This document shows positions 1 to 12,170 of a stretch of 64,000 bases of DNA, one piece after another; position 1 is the first letter of the stretch; each line of letters begins with the position of its first letter. Source of the DNA: Octopus sinensis (lineage: Eukaryota); assembly GCF_006345805.1 (NCBI RefSeq), contig NC_043014.1, positions 13,268,001-13,332,000 on the forward strand, given 5' to 3'. A program made the translations under genes and the position numbers. A model generated the notes under the pieces. That model saw only the letters and a program-made list of their open reading frames with translations, did no database searches and had not been told where the DNA came from.

Positions 1-100
1 ACATACTCATGCACACATACACGCACATATATGTATATATACATACATATGCACACATACACATACACACATGCACACACACACACATACACACACATGT
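1..100. repeat. compound (CA)/(TA)/(TACA) microsatellite
   Basis: Directly visible; the ORF 31..255 over it is low-complexity. Confidence 0.9.
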
Positions 101-529
101 ATATTCTGTACCTAATCTCTCTCATATTCACTTTGTACCTTGACTTCCCATCTCGCTCTCTTCCTCTCCCTCCTCTTTCCTTTTCCCTCTCTCACTCTCC
201 CCTCTCCCTTTCTCTCTCTCTCACTCCTCTATTTTTTCTTTCCCAACTGGGATAGCAATGTATCTCCTATACAGCAAGACTTTCTCTCTCTATTTTTACC
301 CCTCTGTCTTACTTTTAACCTCTCATTACCTGGTACAAAGTCACATTCCTCAATACTACAGGGTCTTGCAGATAAAATGAGACCAATTTTAAGCAGTTGA
401 CTTAATGGGTTTAACATTTCATTTTTCAGACAAAAGCTTGCTTGAAAATCTAATCTTCCTCTTTATTTTTCAGGTACACAGCGAACTGATTCAACAACAG
501 AAAGCCACGCAATAATAGAACTATTTCGC

Positions 530-1460
530 CATAGTTGCTTTGGTGTACACCTGGCACACTACCAATAAAATTGTTAAGTTGAAACTTCCAAAAGCATCAG
601 TTTATCGTGTGTATAAACAATTTAAAGAAGAGGGAAAAATTGATAGCAAAGAATACAAGACTCGAAGTGATTCCAAACGCAATCCAAAGTTTCTCTTTGG
701 CCTCAAATGCTTGATTGAAGCTAACCCATCTGTGACAACTCTTGCAAAGAAATTCAATGTGTCCCTTTCCATGGTGTCCAGAGTTGTGAACAGAAACATT
801 GGCATGACTAGCTATGTTCAATGATTCCATCACCTCCTTACAGCCAAAACCAAAGCAATCAGAGCTGAGAGATGCCCAAAGCTTCTGTCATTCATCAAGC
901 ATCAAGGTGCAGGAAAAATTCTTGTGTTTGTAGATGAGAAGAAGTTCACTGTGGATGCTGAGGTGAAACGCAGAAATTCTAGAGTGATTGCATACAACCC
1001 TTCTGACTTCCCCCACCCCTAAGAACCCTGGCTCTGTGATGGAATTTGGAGCCATGGCAAGTGATGGAAGTGTCATGGATCCACACATCATTAGTTCTGG
1101 CTTGAAGATCAGTACAAAGGAGTATCTGTACATCCTGAAGAACTCTGGTACTTTGGATGGAGCAGAAGTTTGGGTTTGACAAAGAGGCGCTTATCCAGGA
1201 TTCTGTACCATGCCATGGATCAAAAGCAACACAGGCCTTCCTCACATTTTTTGTGAGGGCCAAAATCTGGCCCAGTAATAGCCCAGATCTCAACCTTCTC
1301 ATTTACTTTTTATGGAGCATATTTCAAGCAAGGACCAATGCTTCACCAAACTAAAGTGTCAACAGTTTGGAGACCTGCATTGTGCATGCAACATGCAAAA
1401 TCAAAAAGACAGAGGTTGCAGCAGCTGCAAAAAAATTTCATTCTTTTCTGGATTTTATTC
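530..1460 (+). pseudogene. Tc1/mariner-superfamily transposase remnant (maT/DD37D-like)
   Basis: HTH-like N-terminus (KASVYRVYKQFKEEG...LAKKFNVSLSMVSRVV), VFVDEKKFTV (first D), IQDSVPCH (second D) and WPSNSPDLN motif, split by frameshifts and stops across ORFs 540-824, 988-1179 and 1157-1354. Confidence 0.85.
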
Positions 1461-2809
1461 TTGTACCCAAAAGGGCAGTCGTATTGAGTGATAAATGTTT
1501 TTGTTGTAATAAATGTTATCATAAATTATATCTACTACCATTATTTTAGTATTTATAACCAGTTTTGTGTATCATAGAAATTGTCTCAATTTATCTGCAA
1601 GACACTGTACTTCCCTTTCCTCAGCTGAAGAGCCTGGTCTTGGGAGTTACTTGTTGACCTCACTGGTGCCAGGACCATGTAAAAAGCACCTAGTACACTC
1701 TGTAAAGTGGTTCCACTCACCTTTTCTATTCCCCCATCTTTATACTTTCTCATACTCAACTTGTACCTTAACTCATGTATTCACTTCTTCAGCAAGGCAC
1801 TTGGTCCTGTCCCTTCATTATACTTTCATATCCCTCAATACTATACACCACTGAATTGAAGGGTTTTGACTAGCAAATACTTGGTGGCTGCGACGGTGCT
1901 GGGGTCATGTAAAAGACATCAAATGAACTTTGATTAGTTTTAGGAAGGGCATCCAACAGCAGAGACTATTCCAAAGCAGACACTGGAGCTCAGCAGAGGT
2001 CACTGACCAGTCATTTCATACTGAATCATCCAACCCATGCCAATATGGAAAAAGGAACAGAGGGGAGAACAGGGGACCAAGACTCCTGACAGTTTGCTGT
2101 GGTTGAAAAGACATGTCAAGCTAAGCAGAAGTATGGTTGCCCTTGCATATAGACTCACCCCTTGCAACCCTCTCCAGCTGAGAATCCCTAATCTTGCAGG
2201 CTCATAAGTGCTGGCACCACATAAAAAGCACCTGTACCGGCAATGCATAAAAGCACCCAGTACACTCTGTAAAGTAGTTGGTGTTAGGAAGGGCACCCAG
2301 CCATGGAAACCATGCCAAAATAGACATAGGGCCTGAACAGCCCTTCAGCTGGTCAGCTTTTGTCAAACTATCCAACCCATGCCAGCATGGAAAACAGACA
2401 TTAAATGATGATGATGATGATGATACCTACATATATAATGGGTGTGTGTCAGTTTCCTTCCACCAAATCCACTCACCTATGCTTTGGTCAGCCCAGATTA
2501 TGGCAAAGGACACTTGCCTAAAGTGCCACACAGTGGGACTGAACCCATATATAAGTTTACTTTACAATTACAATGTAGTTGTAAAGTAAACTTCTTAACC
2601 ACTTGGCCATTTCTGTGCTTAGAAAAGTGGACGTAAAACGGTGAAGATGAGAAATCAAAGTTATGAATGATTAAACCTCAACCCTTACTGTCTCTTGATC
2701 ATCGAGAGGTCATTATGTTGCCTAGGTAACAGAAGTTATTGACTGTTTTGATGGAGGATTCTAAGAGGTACCACAGTGGGATCAAACCCAAAGCTACATC
2801 ATACTCTCT

Positions 2810-3190
2810 CTTTCACTCTTTTACTTGTTTCAGTCATTTGACTGCAACCATACAGGAGCACTGCCTTTAGTCGAGCAAATTGACCCTGGGTCTTATTCTT
2901 TGTAAGCCTAGTACTTATTCTATCAGTCTCTTTTGCTGAACCACTAAGTGACAGGGACATAAACACACCAGCATTGGTTGTCAAGCAATGCTAGGAGGAC
3001 AAACACATACACACACACACATATATATATACATATATACGACGGGTTTTTTCAGTTTCCATCTACCAAATCCAATCACAAGGCTTTGGTCGGCCCAAAG
3101 CTATTGTTGAAGACACTTGCCCAAGATGCCATGCAGTGGGAATGAACCCGGAACCATGTGGTTGGTAAACAAGCTACTTACTACACAGCC
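2810..3190 (-). mobile_element. tRNA-derived SINE family B (tRNA head, CORE-like CCTTGGGCAAGTG segment, internal TA/CA microsatellite, GTAAAAGA tail)
   Basis: Box A/B-like head GGAGTGGCTGTGTGGTAAG...GGTTCAGTCCC. Similar copies at about 4880-5290(-), 19600-19830(-), 21475-21865(-), 28225-28710(-), 33720-34385(+), 36665-36890(+), 40100-40565(+), 42425-42925(-) and 54820-55140(-). Confidence 0.85.
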
Positions 3191-3999
3191 ACTCATCATT
3201 ATTTAACATCTATTGTCCATGCTGCAATGGGTTGGACAGTTTGACCAGAGCTAGCAATCTGGAGAGCAACACCAGAGTCCAGTCTAATTTGGTATCATTT
3301 TTTTTTTTTGGCTGGATGACCTTCTTGATGCCAATCACTTTACAGAGTGCATTGGGTGCTTTTATGTGGCATTGCACAGGTGCTTTTTCATGGCACCACA
3401 TGGGTACTTTTTCATGGCACCACATGGGTACTTTTACATATCACCTAGTTCTAAAACAAACCTCTTAACCACACAGCCAAATGAAGCAGGCAGTGCTGAT
3501 TACTTGAATTGCAGTTGACAGGGTAATTGTGACAAGGAATTTAGATAATGAACACCATGATTGAGAAAACACTTATGATTAATATTATAGATAACGGTAT
3601 GACATTTGTCAGCTCTCATCTCTGGAAATTTTAGATTAATTTTTCTAGGCAAAGATAAAGAAATTTAGATTAGGAAAAGAAATAGAATAAAAGTACTAAT
3701 AATAATAATATTCGTTTCTAATTCTGGCACAAGGTTAGTACTTTGTGGGGAGGGGTAATTTGTTACATTGACCCCAGTAATTGACTCATACTTATTTTAT
3801 CAACACTGAAAGGACGAAAAGCAAAGTCAACCTTGGTGAATTTGAACTCTGAATGTAAAGACAGACGAAATGCTGCTAAGCATTTTAGCCCAGTACATTA
3901 ATGATTCTGCTAGCTTGCTGCCTTTTCGATAATAATAATAATATTAATAATAATTATTGCTCACTTAAGCACAAGACCAAAGATTTTTGTGAGGTGGAG

Positions 4000-4480
4000 T
4001 GGAGTCTATTAATTAAATAGAAGCAAAATGCTAGATATTTGAATGAGAGGAACAGTTGAATATATGAGATCAGCTTTCACCACTTATATCATCTATGTTT
4101 TACTTGGTCCTCCTCTTCCACAGTTTTCTTCCTCTTGAATATCCTGATAATACTTTACCCATCTGTTATCAATCCATATGTATTACAATGTCCATACCAA
4201 CATAGTCATCTCTGTTGTACACTACATCTGAATACATTCACACACAGTTCATTTCGCAGTTTATTTGTACCATGTTGTTCATACATACTAATAGTACACA
4301 TCCAACAAAACATCTCTGCTAAATTTCTCTCCAATCTTTGCTCATCTTCTGAATTCAGTGCCTACATCTCTCTAACATCAATAACATGCAGCCCCACGCT
4401 TAACAAACAAGGGAATCCCCTTGTTGCCATCAGAAGTAATATCTTCCTGAATTTTCTTCTGCCCTATTCTTAATTTGGCA
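4000..4480 (-). pseudogene. degenerate RTE-type LINE ORF2 3' fragment
   Basis: Minus-strand frames give ...ELCVNVFRCSVQQR*LCWYGH..., resembling the RLRWYGHV block of the RTE at 47.6 kb. Confidence 0.55.
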
Positions 4481-4513
4481 ACTATGCTTTCAGATCTCCT
4501 TCCTCCATGAGTC

Positions 4514-4880
4514 TGTAGTGATGCCATTTTGGAAGTCTTCAGCGCGCATGTGCAGAGTTGGATTTCTTCCGGGAGGCCTGCCGGAAGTTCCCTCATGCAC
4601 ATGTGCAGAGAACTAGCAGCAGCAAAACTTCCCGCATATCGAACTCTCTCGAAGGCTGACAGCAAACAGAACGAACGTGTTTTGCCAGTTCTCCCAAGCT
4701 GCCACCACGTGGCGGTGCTACACTATGCTGGAACGAGACAGGATTTGGCTCACTCCATTTAACTACAGCAACTAGCTCCTAGGCTACCGATTCGCCCTGA
4801 AGGAAATATATATATATATTGCGAATCCAGGAAATAAAAATATTTATGCTGTTGAAGATATTCAAAGTCTTGGCTTTTCC
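4514..4880 (+). mobile_element. LTR-like segment (TGTAG start, CpG-rich, AATAAA at about 4833), truncated by a SINE
   Basis: Begins TGTAG like the solo LTRs elsewhere in the window; carries promoter-type motifs and a polyA signal; no matching CTACA end with TSD found. Confidence 0.4.
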
Positions 4881-5084
4881 TTTACTCTTTTACTTGTTTC
4901 AGTCATTTGACTGCGGCCATGCTGGAGCACTGCCTTTAATCAAGCAAATCGACCCCAGGACTTATTCTTTGTAAGCCTAGTACTTATTCTATTGGTCTCT
5001 TTTGCCGAACCGCTAAGTAATAGGGACATAAATACACCAGCATCGGTTGTCAAGCAATGCTAGGGGGACAAACACAGACACACA

Positions 5085-5144
<60 letters not shown>

Positions 5145-6365
5145 TACGACAGGCTTCTTTCAGTTTCCGTCTACCAAATCCATTCACAAGGCTATAGTAG
5201 AAGACACTTGCCCAAGGTGCCACGCAGTGGGACTGAACCCGGAACCATGTGGTTGGTAAACAAGCTACTTACCACACAGCCACTCCTACACCTTTGATAA
5301 ATATTTTAATGTAAGGGATGAGACCTGCACCCCTCCACTGTTACAGACCTTTCATCCTGTTACAATTGGTGAAGCTATTGACTATTTCAATGGAGCATTC
5401 CAAGGTGCAACACAGGGAGATCAAACCCAAACCTACCTGGTTCCAAAACAAGCCTCTTAACCACACAGCCAATTGAAGCATGCAGTGCTGATTACTTGAA
5501 TCGCAGTTGACATGTGAGTTAGACAAAGAAAGAAGAAAATCGTGGCTGATAGAATACCTATGCGTAATAATATAGATAATGGCGTGAACTTTCTTGGCAC
5601 TCACTTATGGAAATTATACAATAATCTTTCTATGCCAAAGATAAAGAAATTTAGATACGGAAAAGAAAACAAAACAATATTTGTAATAACAATCATTAAC
5701 TGAAGGACAAGGCCAGAAATTTTCTGGGAGGTTATTTTGACCAATGCTCTGACATTATCTCAAGATCCTTTTGACACATCTTTTTAAAGAAACATGATGG
5801 CTTTTCATAGATAGATGTGAAATAAATTGTACTTAATTCTATATACAATGTATATGGAATTCTGTCTTTTTATTGATATTCTTCAAACACTAAAAGCAAT
5901 AGCAAAACCCAAACTATTATTGATTAAATTTACTTTAACTTATTGATATAACTACTAGCTTTAATAGTGAAACACAATTTCCTAAAGAATTTTCATTGCC
6001 AATGTTCCAAAATCCATTGTATTACATAAACACACGCAGATAATAGATTTATATAGATATCACCATGATCACCGTGACTAACCAGGCTATCAGATGTTGT
6101 TACACATCGCTGGTCACAATGCACTTCGCATTGTTTTAGCCTTCAAACGACGCCACCCCGATGGCTAAGCAAGCAGGCCAACAGAAGAAAGAGTGAGAGA
6201 AAGTTGCGGCGAAAGAGTACAGCACCTGTACATCTGTCATATACAAAGCCTAGATCCTTACTTTTAGCAGTCATTTCAGCACCGTTTATTTGGCAACACT
6301 GATTCAACACTTCAATATTTCTTTTATTTTCATGCTTCTCTCACACTATCTCTTCCTTCTCCTCA

Positions 6366-6428
<63 letters not shown>

Positions 6429-7063
6429 TCCTCTGTTTATGTGTGTGGCCATATTTCTCTTTATGTGCATGAGGACACGGAAAATGTTTCTGTCAATCGT
6501 GTTCAACCAATACATTGTAGAGAATCTCTTTCTCTCTCTCATACACCCTTCCTCTTTTCTATTCCTATGCATGTATGTTTGTGTGTGTGTGTACATGTGT
6601 ATGTGTGTGTGTGTACATGTGTATGTGTGTGCATGTGTGTGTTTGTGTGTGTGTGAGAGAGACATTCAGTGGGGGAGAGGGGTGAGTGTAAATATAACAA
6701 ACTAACAAATGAAAAAGCTAAATAAAATCTTTATAGAAAATTCTAGTAGCAACAAATACAGGCATTCTGTACATATATACATAGATACTTATACATTTAT
6801 TTATAAAGAGGATAAGACTGTTACTTAAAATAGGTATCAAGTGGCCAGCAAGGAAAAAAAAAACTTTATTGGTAATTATTATTATTAGAATTATATTTAA
6901 GGGTATCAAAAAGGATACCACCATGCTAGATATAGCAGTCAAAACCTGACTCTAAAACCACATCATGTATTCATGAAATGGTTAGCATGGTGGTGTCCTT
7001 TTTGATAGCCTTAATTATAATTTTAGATACATATACATACATACATACATACATATATGTATG

Positions 7064-7119
<56 letters not shown>

Positions 7120-7121
<2 letters not shown>

Positions 7122-7312
7122 GCACGTAAAAAGCACCCACTACACTCACGGAGTGGTTGGCGTTAGGAAGGGCATCCAGCTGTAGAAACATTGCCAGATA
7201 AGACTGGAGCCTGGTGCAGCCTTCTGGCTTCCCAGATCCCTGGTCGAACCGTCCAACCCATGCTAGCATGGAGAACGGATGTTAAACGATGATGATGATG
7301 ATGATGATGATA
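7120..7312 (+). mobile_element. 5'-truncated RTE 3'UTR copy with (GAT)n tail
   Basis: GGCGTTAGGAAGGGCATCCAGCTGTAGAAAC...AACCCATGCTAGCATGG...GATGATGAT matches the 3'UTR attached to the RT-coding RTE at 46965-49760. Further copies near 2200, 3205, 19365, 20770, 27075, 37000, 42585, 55925, 58735 and 60185. Confidence 0.85.
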
Positions 7313-7319
7313 TATATAT

Positions 7320-7540
7320 GCTTGCAGAGTCGTTAGCTCGCTGGGCAGAATGCTTAGCGGTATTTTGTCTGCCACTGCGGTCTGAGTTCGAGTTCCGCTG
7401 AGGTCGACTTTGCCTTTCATCCTTTCGGGGTCGATTAAGTAAGTACCAGTTATGCACTGGGGTTGATGCAATCGACTTAATCCCTTTGTCTGTCCTTGTT
7501 TGTCCCCTCTGTGTTTATCCCCTTGTGGGCAATAAAGAAA
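7320..7540 (+). mobile_element. tRNA-derived SINE family A (GAGTTCAAATTC B-box; CTTTCATCCTTTCGGGGTCGAT central domain)
   Basis: Repeated many times: 18830-19045(-), 19065-19240(+), 21118-21320, 29228-29825(+), 30737-31120(-), 35583-35985(-), 36184-36402(-), 43720-43870(-), 43915-44110(+), 59625-59830(+), 62355-62560(-), 63968-end(+). Confidence 0.85.
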
Positions 7541-7589
7541 TATATATATATATATATATAAACACACATACATATACATATATCAGGTC

Positions 7590-8175
7590 ATTCAGAATGG
7601 AATGTTTGATTTTGAACTGAAAATTTATTTTACTTTAACAAAAAGCAACGCAGTTAAAGTATACACCTAAATTATCAACACAATTTTGTCATTTTATTGG
7701 TAACTTAATTATGCCAGCAGCGAAGAATTCTGGAAAGCAAGAAGTGATGAAATCACAAAGGCTGTTTTTGCATCTTCTTCAGATTAGAAGTTTTTTCGTT
7801 GCAAAAAATCGTCTAATGTCCGGAAAACGTGATAGTCAGTTGGTGCAAGGTCTGGTGAATATGGTGATGACAGAGTGCTTTCAAGTTCAGTTCCTGTAAC
7901 TTGAGTAGCATTATTTATGCAACATGTGGTCGAGCATTGTCTTGCAAGAGAATTGGCCTGTCTCTATTGACCAATCTCGGTTATTTCATTGCAAGTTCAC
8001 TCATCATTTCATCCAATTGGTTGATGTATGCATCCGCTGTAATTGACTTACCAGGTCTTATGAAGCTGTAGTGGATGATACCAGCGCTGGACCACCAAAC
8101 AGACACCGTTAGCTTTTTTTCGGTGAATATTCTTTTTGGGATTGTGTTTTGGCACTTTGTCTCTATTCAACCTGG
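7590..8175 (-). pseudogene. mariner (DD34D) transposase C-terminal remnant
   Basis: Minus-strand translation KKLTVSVWWSSAGIIHYSFIRPGKSITADAYINQLDEM...ILLQDNARPHVA...PYSPDLAPTDYH with stops and frameshifts. Confidence 0.85.
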
Positions 8176-8417
8176 CGCGTTAAATAATTGTAAAGAGGTT
8201 TTCTCCTATATGTGTCCACTTCAAGCGCTACCTACAGAAAATTGGATCTCCCCGTACGCTGTTTAGGTTTTTTTCCGGTCGATAAGATTTGTTTCAGCCT
8301 CTGGTTCAGGGGAGACAACTTGTCCTTAACAACGTTTTTATATGTTAAGACTTCAACAACGATTTCTGAGCTTTTCCTTTCGTCCACGTCGGAGAAAGTT
8401 TAAATTCTTTGTCTTTG

Positions 8418-8485
8418 TATAGAGTCTGACCAGCTGTCCACAGGGCTTTGGCTTTGGTGGATACGAAACCTTTGGTAACTCTATG
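8418..8485 (+). ncRNA. type I hammerhead ribozyme-like motif (G8C core change, probably inactive)
   Basis: Stem I ATAGAGT/ACTCTAT; core CTGACCA; stem II G(C)TGTCCAC/GTGGATAC; GAAA; stem III CC-TTT-GG; GTA cleavage triplet at 8475-8477. Confidence 0.6.
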
Positions 8486-8744
8486 ATCAAAATTAAAATT
8501 TTTGTCGCAATATGCATGTATGCATGATGTATGTATGGATGGATGGATGTGTATGAGTGTGTGTGTGTGTGTGTCTCTATGGCTCAAATGTACAAAAAAA
8601 CAAAAAACAGAGACAGTTTAGGGAAGAACAAACAAGATGTACTTGTTTGACACTTAAGAAAAATGGAAAACTCTTTGACATTTCGAGCCTATAGTTCTTC
8701 GATAGGAAGGAGAGAGGAACAAAATTGGAGAGAGAGAAAAAATG

Positions 8745-8759
8745 GCTATATACACACAT

Positions 8760-8792
<33 letters not shown>

Positions 8793-8871
8793 TACATACA
8801 TACACACACATACATACATGCATACATACATACATATATACATACATACATATATACATACACACATACAT

Positions 8872-8902
<31 letters not shown>

Positions 8903-8971
8903 TACATACACACACATACATACATACACACACACATACATACACACACACATGCATACACACACACACAC

Positions 8972-9002
<31 letters not shown>

Positions 9003-9017
9003 TACACACACACACAC

Positions 9018-9050
<33 letters not shown>

Positions 9051-9056
9051 TGTATG
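8745..9056. repeat. long compound (TACA)/(CA) microsatellite switching to (TGTA)n at about 9020
   Basis: Directly visible; source of several spurious HT/YVC-rich ORFs. Confidence 0.95.
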
Positions 9057-9663
9057 GATTGGCTCCACTTCTGAGGTTTTGCTTGCTATGAAACATATGT
9101 AGTCTGAACCTTATCTAACCCATTCCTTAACTCTTGTATATATATATATCATCATCATCATCGTTTAGCGTCCGTTTTCCATGCTAGCATAAATTTAGCA
9201 ATCTGTATATTTTAGTTAACATGGATATACTAAAAGAATGCCACAACACTATGACATTCATCCTGAGACAGCATCTTGTATAGATGTATAGGGCTAAAAA
9301 GCAAAGAAGTGTACCGGTAGCAGACGCAAAATGACCAGCAATGATGATGTAATTACTAGATCATGGGATTTCTGCAAATTTGAAAATCATCGACAGCAAG
9401 TATTTGCTATCAACCACATGCTTACATAAATTTCCCCTCTACTAATATATAGAAAAAACAGTGATTCATCAGCCACTGGTTTCTCAGACAGGTGCCAGGG
9501 TGGGTAAATATCCATTATTACTGACAGATGCCATATTAAATTTTTATGAATATTTATTTTTCTACTTAAATAAAACAGGTTTTATTGCTTTAACATAAGG
9601 TGTGATATGTTTCCTCATAACAGATATTTTTGTATAAAAGTTTTATAGAAAATATATTAGTGT

Positions 9664-9694
<31 letters not shown>

Positions 9695-10124
9695 AATTAT
9701 TGTATACAGTGCTCAGGTGCACCACAACTTGTCAAAAGTGAGTATAAAGTATATGCAGTAATGTACAAATATCTTGAAAGAGAACAGTGTATGAGTCAGA
9801 TACATGCTTGCGTGTGTATGTTTTCATAAGGTGAGTTTTACATACAAAACGCACACACACACACACACACAGAGGAAGAGAGAGAAAACAGCATTTGTTA
9901 TTTAGAGGAATATGTAAGAAAAAAAAAACCTCTTGTGAATAAATTTTAGCGTATGTTATGGCCAAAAGAGATTTTCTATCTGCAGCACTTAAAGACATGT
10001 ATTGTGTCCTTTAAATAAATAATATTTCTCTCTCACTGGGTAGACTACTTTTTTTGTTGAATTTTCTATCATGGAGTACTACATTATATATGTATATATA
10101 CGTGTATGTGTATACGTTTTGTTT

Positions 10125-10420
10125 GTTCCTTCTTGAGCCATGCCTGGCTCATAAGGGCCAGTTAACCGGTTTCCTTGATGTATAGGTTCCGCACCTGGAC
10201 GGGACGCCAGTCCGTCCCAGGTGAGCTGCAAGATGCAGGAGGAAAGAGTGAGAGAAGGTTGTGGCAAAAGAGTCAGCAGAAGTTTGGCATTACCTTCTGT
10301 CGGAGCTGCGTAGAACTTAGGTGTTTCACTCATAAACACACACATCATCGCTCGGTCTGAGATTTGAATCCGCGATCCCTCGACCGCGAATCCGCTGCTC
10401 TAACCACTAGGCTATGTGCC
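10125..10420 (-). mobile_element. tRNA-derived SINE with V-domain-like core (family C)
   Basis: Head GGCACAT(A/G)GCCTAGTGGTTAGAGCAGCGGA...TTCGAA/TCAAATC; core CTG(C/G)GACGGACTGGCGTCCCGTCCAGGT resembles the V-SINE domain. Second copy at 26150-26437(-). Confidence 0.75.
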
Positions 10421-10444
10421 TCTGTATGTGTGTGTATGTGTATG

Positions 10445-10516
<72 letters not shown>

Positions 10517-10699
10517 TATATATAAGCATGCATGCACACACACACTCACACATGTATGTATGTTTTTGTCATGCATAACAAACAGTATTAGTTTAAAATA
10601 ACAATATGAGTATCATTCTTAATGCAAATCCACCATGGAAAGCCAAATTCACTGCAGTATTCTTCTACAGATAAAATCAGTCCTACTTTATAGTTGCAA

Positions 10700-11090
10700 G
10701 ATTTGCACCCTCTCTGGGCCCTTAGGAACTGCCTGAATTCCTTTAGTACCAAGATGCTTCACAGGGTTATGGTTTACCATTGGTTGGATTTTGCATCCAG
10801 CCAACGACTCTACTCAGAAACTGGGAAGCATCCTTTTACTTGTATGATTTGGGAGCACCATCTCAGGCTGCTTGGGTATGTTGCTCGGTTTCTGTGTCAG
10901 ACCTGGTTTACCGTGTTCTCTTCATTAAGGATCCAGCTTGGTCGAGGGCTCATGTTGGTCGACCACATACCACACAGTCACAGCAGATGAGGAAGTGTCT
11001 TGTAGAGATAAGGACTGACTGGAACACTGCTCAATGGTTTTGATGGGAGGACCCAGGAATATGCAGACAGATACTGAATGCCACAACACA
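10700..11090 (+). pseudogene. RTE-type LINE ORF2 C-terminal fragment
   Basis: LNSFSTKMLHRVMVYHWLDFASSQRLYSETG...HLRLLGYVARF matches the RTE C-terminal region. Confidence 0.7.
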
Positions 11091-11686
11091 CTACAAAGGC
11101 ACATACCCCTGTACCTAATTTGACCAGAGATACAGTGATAAAAAGCACCAAAATATATCAACAGGAGATGAGACATAGTGGTGGGATTGCTAGCTGCATA
11201 AAGAAGAAATCTTTCATTACTAATATAGGAAAATAGTATTGCAATAGGCCACTGGCTAAATACAAACTCAGTATGTACACCAGAAGCAAGATTAGTTTAA
11301 AAGAGTAATACACATATCATGCTTAATGCAGATTCATCACAGAAAACCAATCTAACTCTGGTCCTTGTCCAGAGATAAAGTCGCTTATGAGGTATATCTG
11401 CATTAAGTATGATACTCAGACTACTATTTTAGTCTAGTACAGGTTCTGTTGCATATAACAAATTAGCTGGCCAGCTAATTACAACATCATTACTTACAGA
11501 ACTGATTAAGACAAAGATAGTGTATATCAATATTAACAACAAGATTAACTGTGTTTCATCATAAGGAACTCTATATGAAAAAAGTTCAGGGAATTGGTTT
11601 GCTATGAGTAGTGAAATAATGTAACGCATATTTTTGATCAGAGAGGTGGATAGAAGGATAGCTAGATATTTAGATAGATCGACATG

Positions 11687-11725
<39 letters not shown>

Positions 11726-12170
11726 GTAGATAGATAAGTTTCTTTATTGGCCACACAGGGCTGCACACAGATGGGACAAGTTACAAGGTAGAGCTTTTCT
11801 TTTGGGGGATGAAAAAAACAAAAGAAACAAAAACATAAGGTGGCGTAGGTTTTCGATCAAAAGGGATCGGATCGTAAAAGGAAAAAAAAGAACAAAAAAT
11901 AAAAAAAAAGAAGAAAAGGAAAAGGAACAAAAGAAAAGAGAAATGAAAAAAAAGAAGAGAAAACGGGAAAAAAGGGGGGAAGAGGAAAAAAAAACGATCA
12001 ATAGGGATCGTGTATCAATGATATGATGCATGGTGTAAAGGGGAAATCAAGTAAGGTTTATCCGTGGGAAGAAAAGCCTACGAAAAAGACCACGGTAACC
12101 TTGGTCAATATTGTTATATGTTACCACATTTGTTTGCAAGTGGGTAACCCTCTGTTTTCAATTTCTGGGT

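Noticed and set aside
8577-9102. Several 110-163 aa ORFs rich in HT/YI/VC
   Set aside because: Translations of a compound microsatellite; the same applies to similar ORFs at 31, 5047, 6363, 37325, 40130 and elsewhere.
9071-9105. CTGAGGT...GAAACATATGTA hammerhead-like string
   Set aside because: Palindromic stem III is present, but A9 is changed and stems I and II do not pair convincingly.
10350-10420. tRNA-like sequences (also the heads of SINE families A and B)
   Set aside because: No complete cloverleaf with acceptor stem; they run directly into SINE bodies.
11802-12026. Lys-rich 74-aa ORF
   Set aside because: Antisense reading of the T-rich Tx1 3'UTR.
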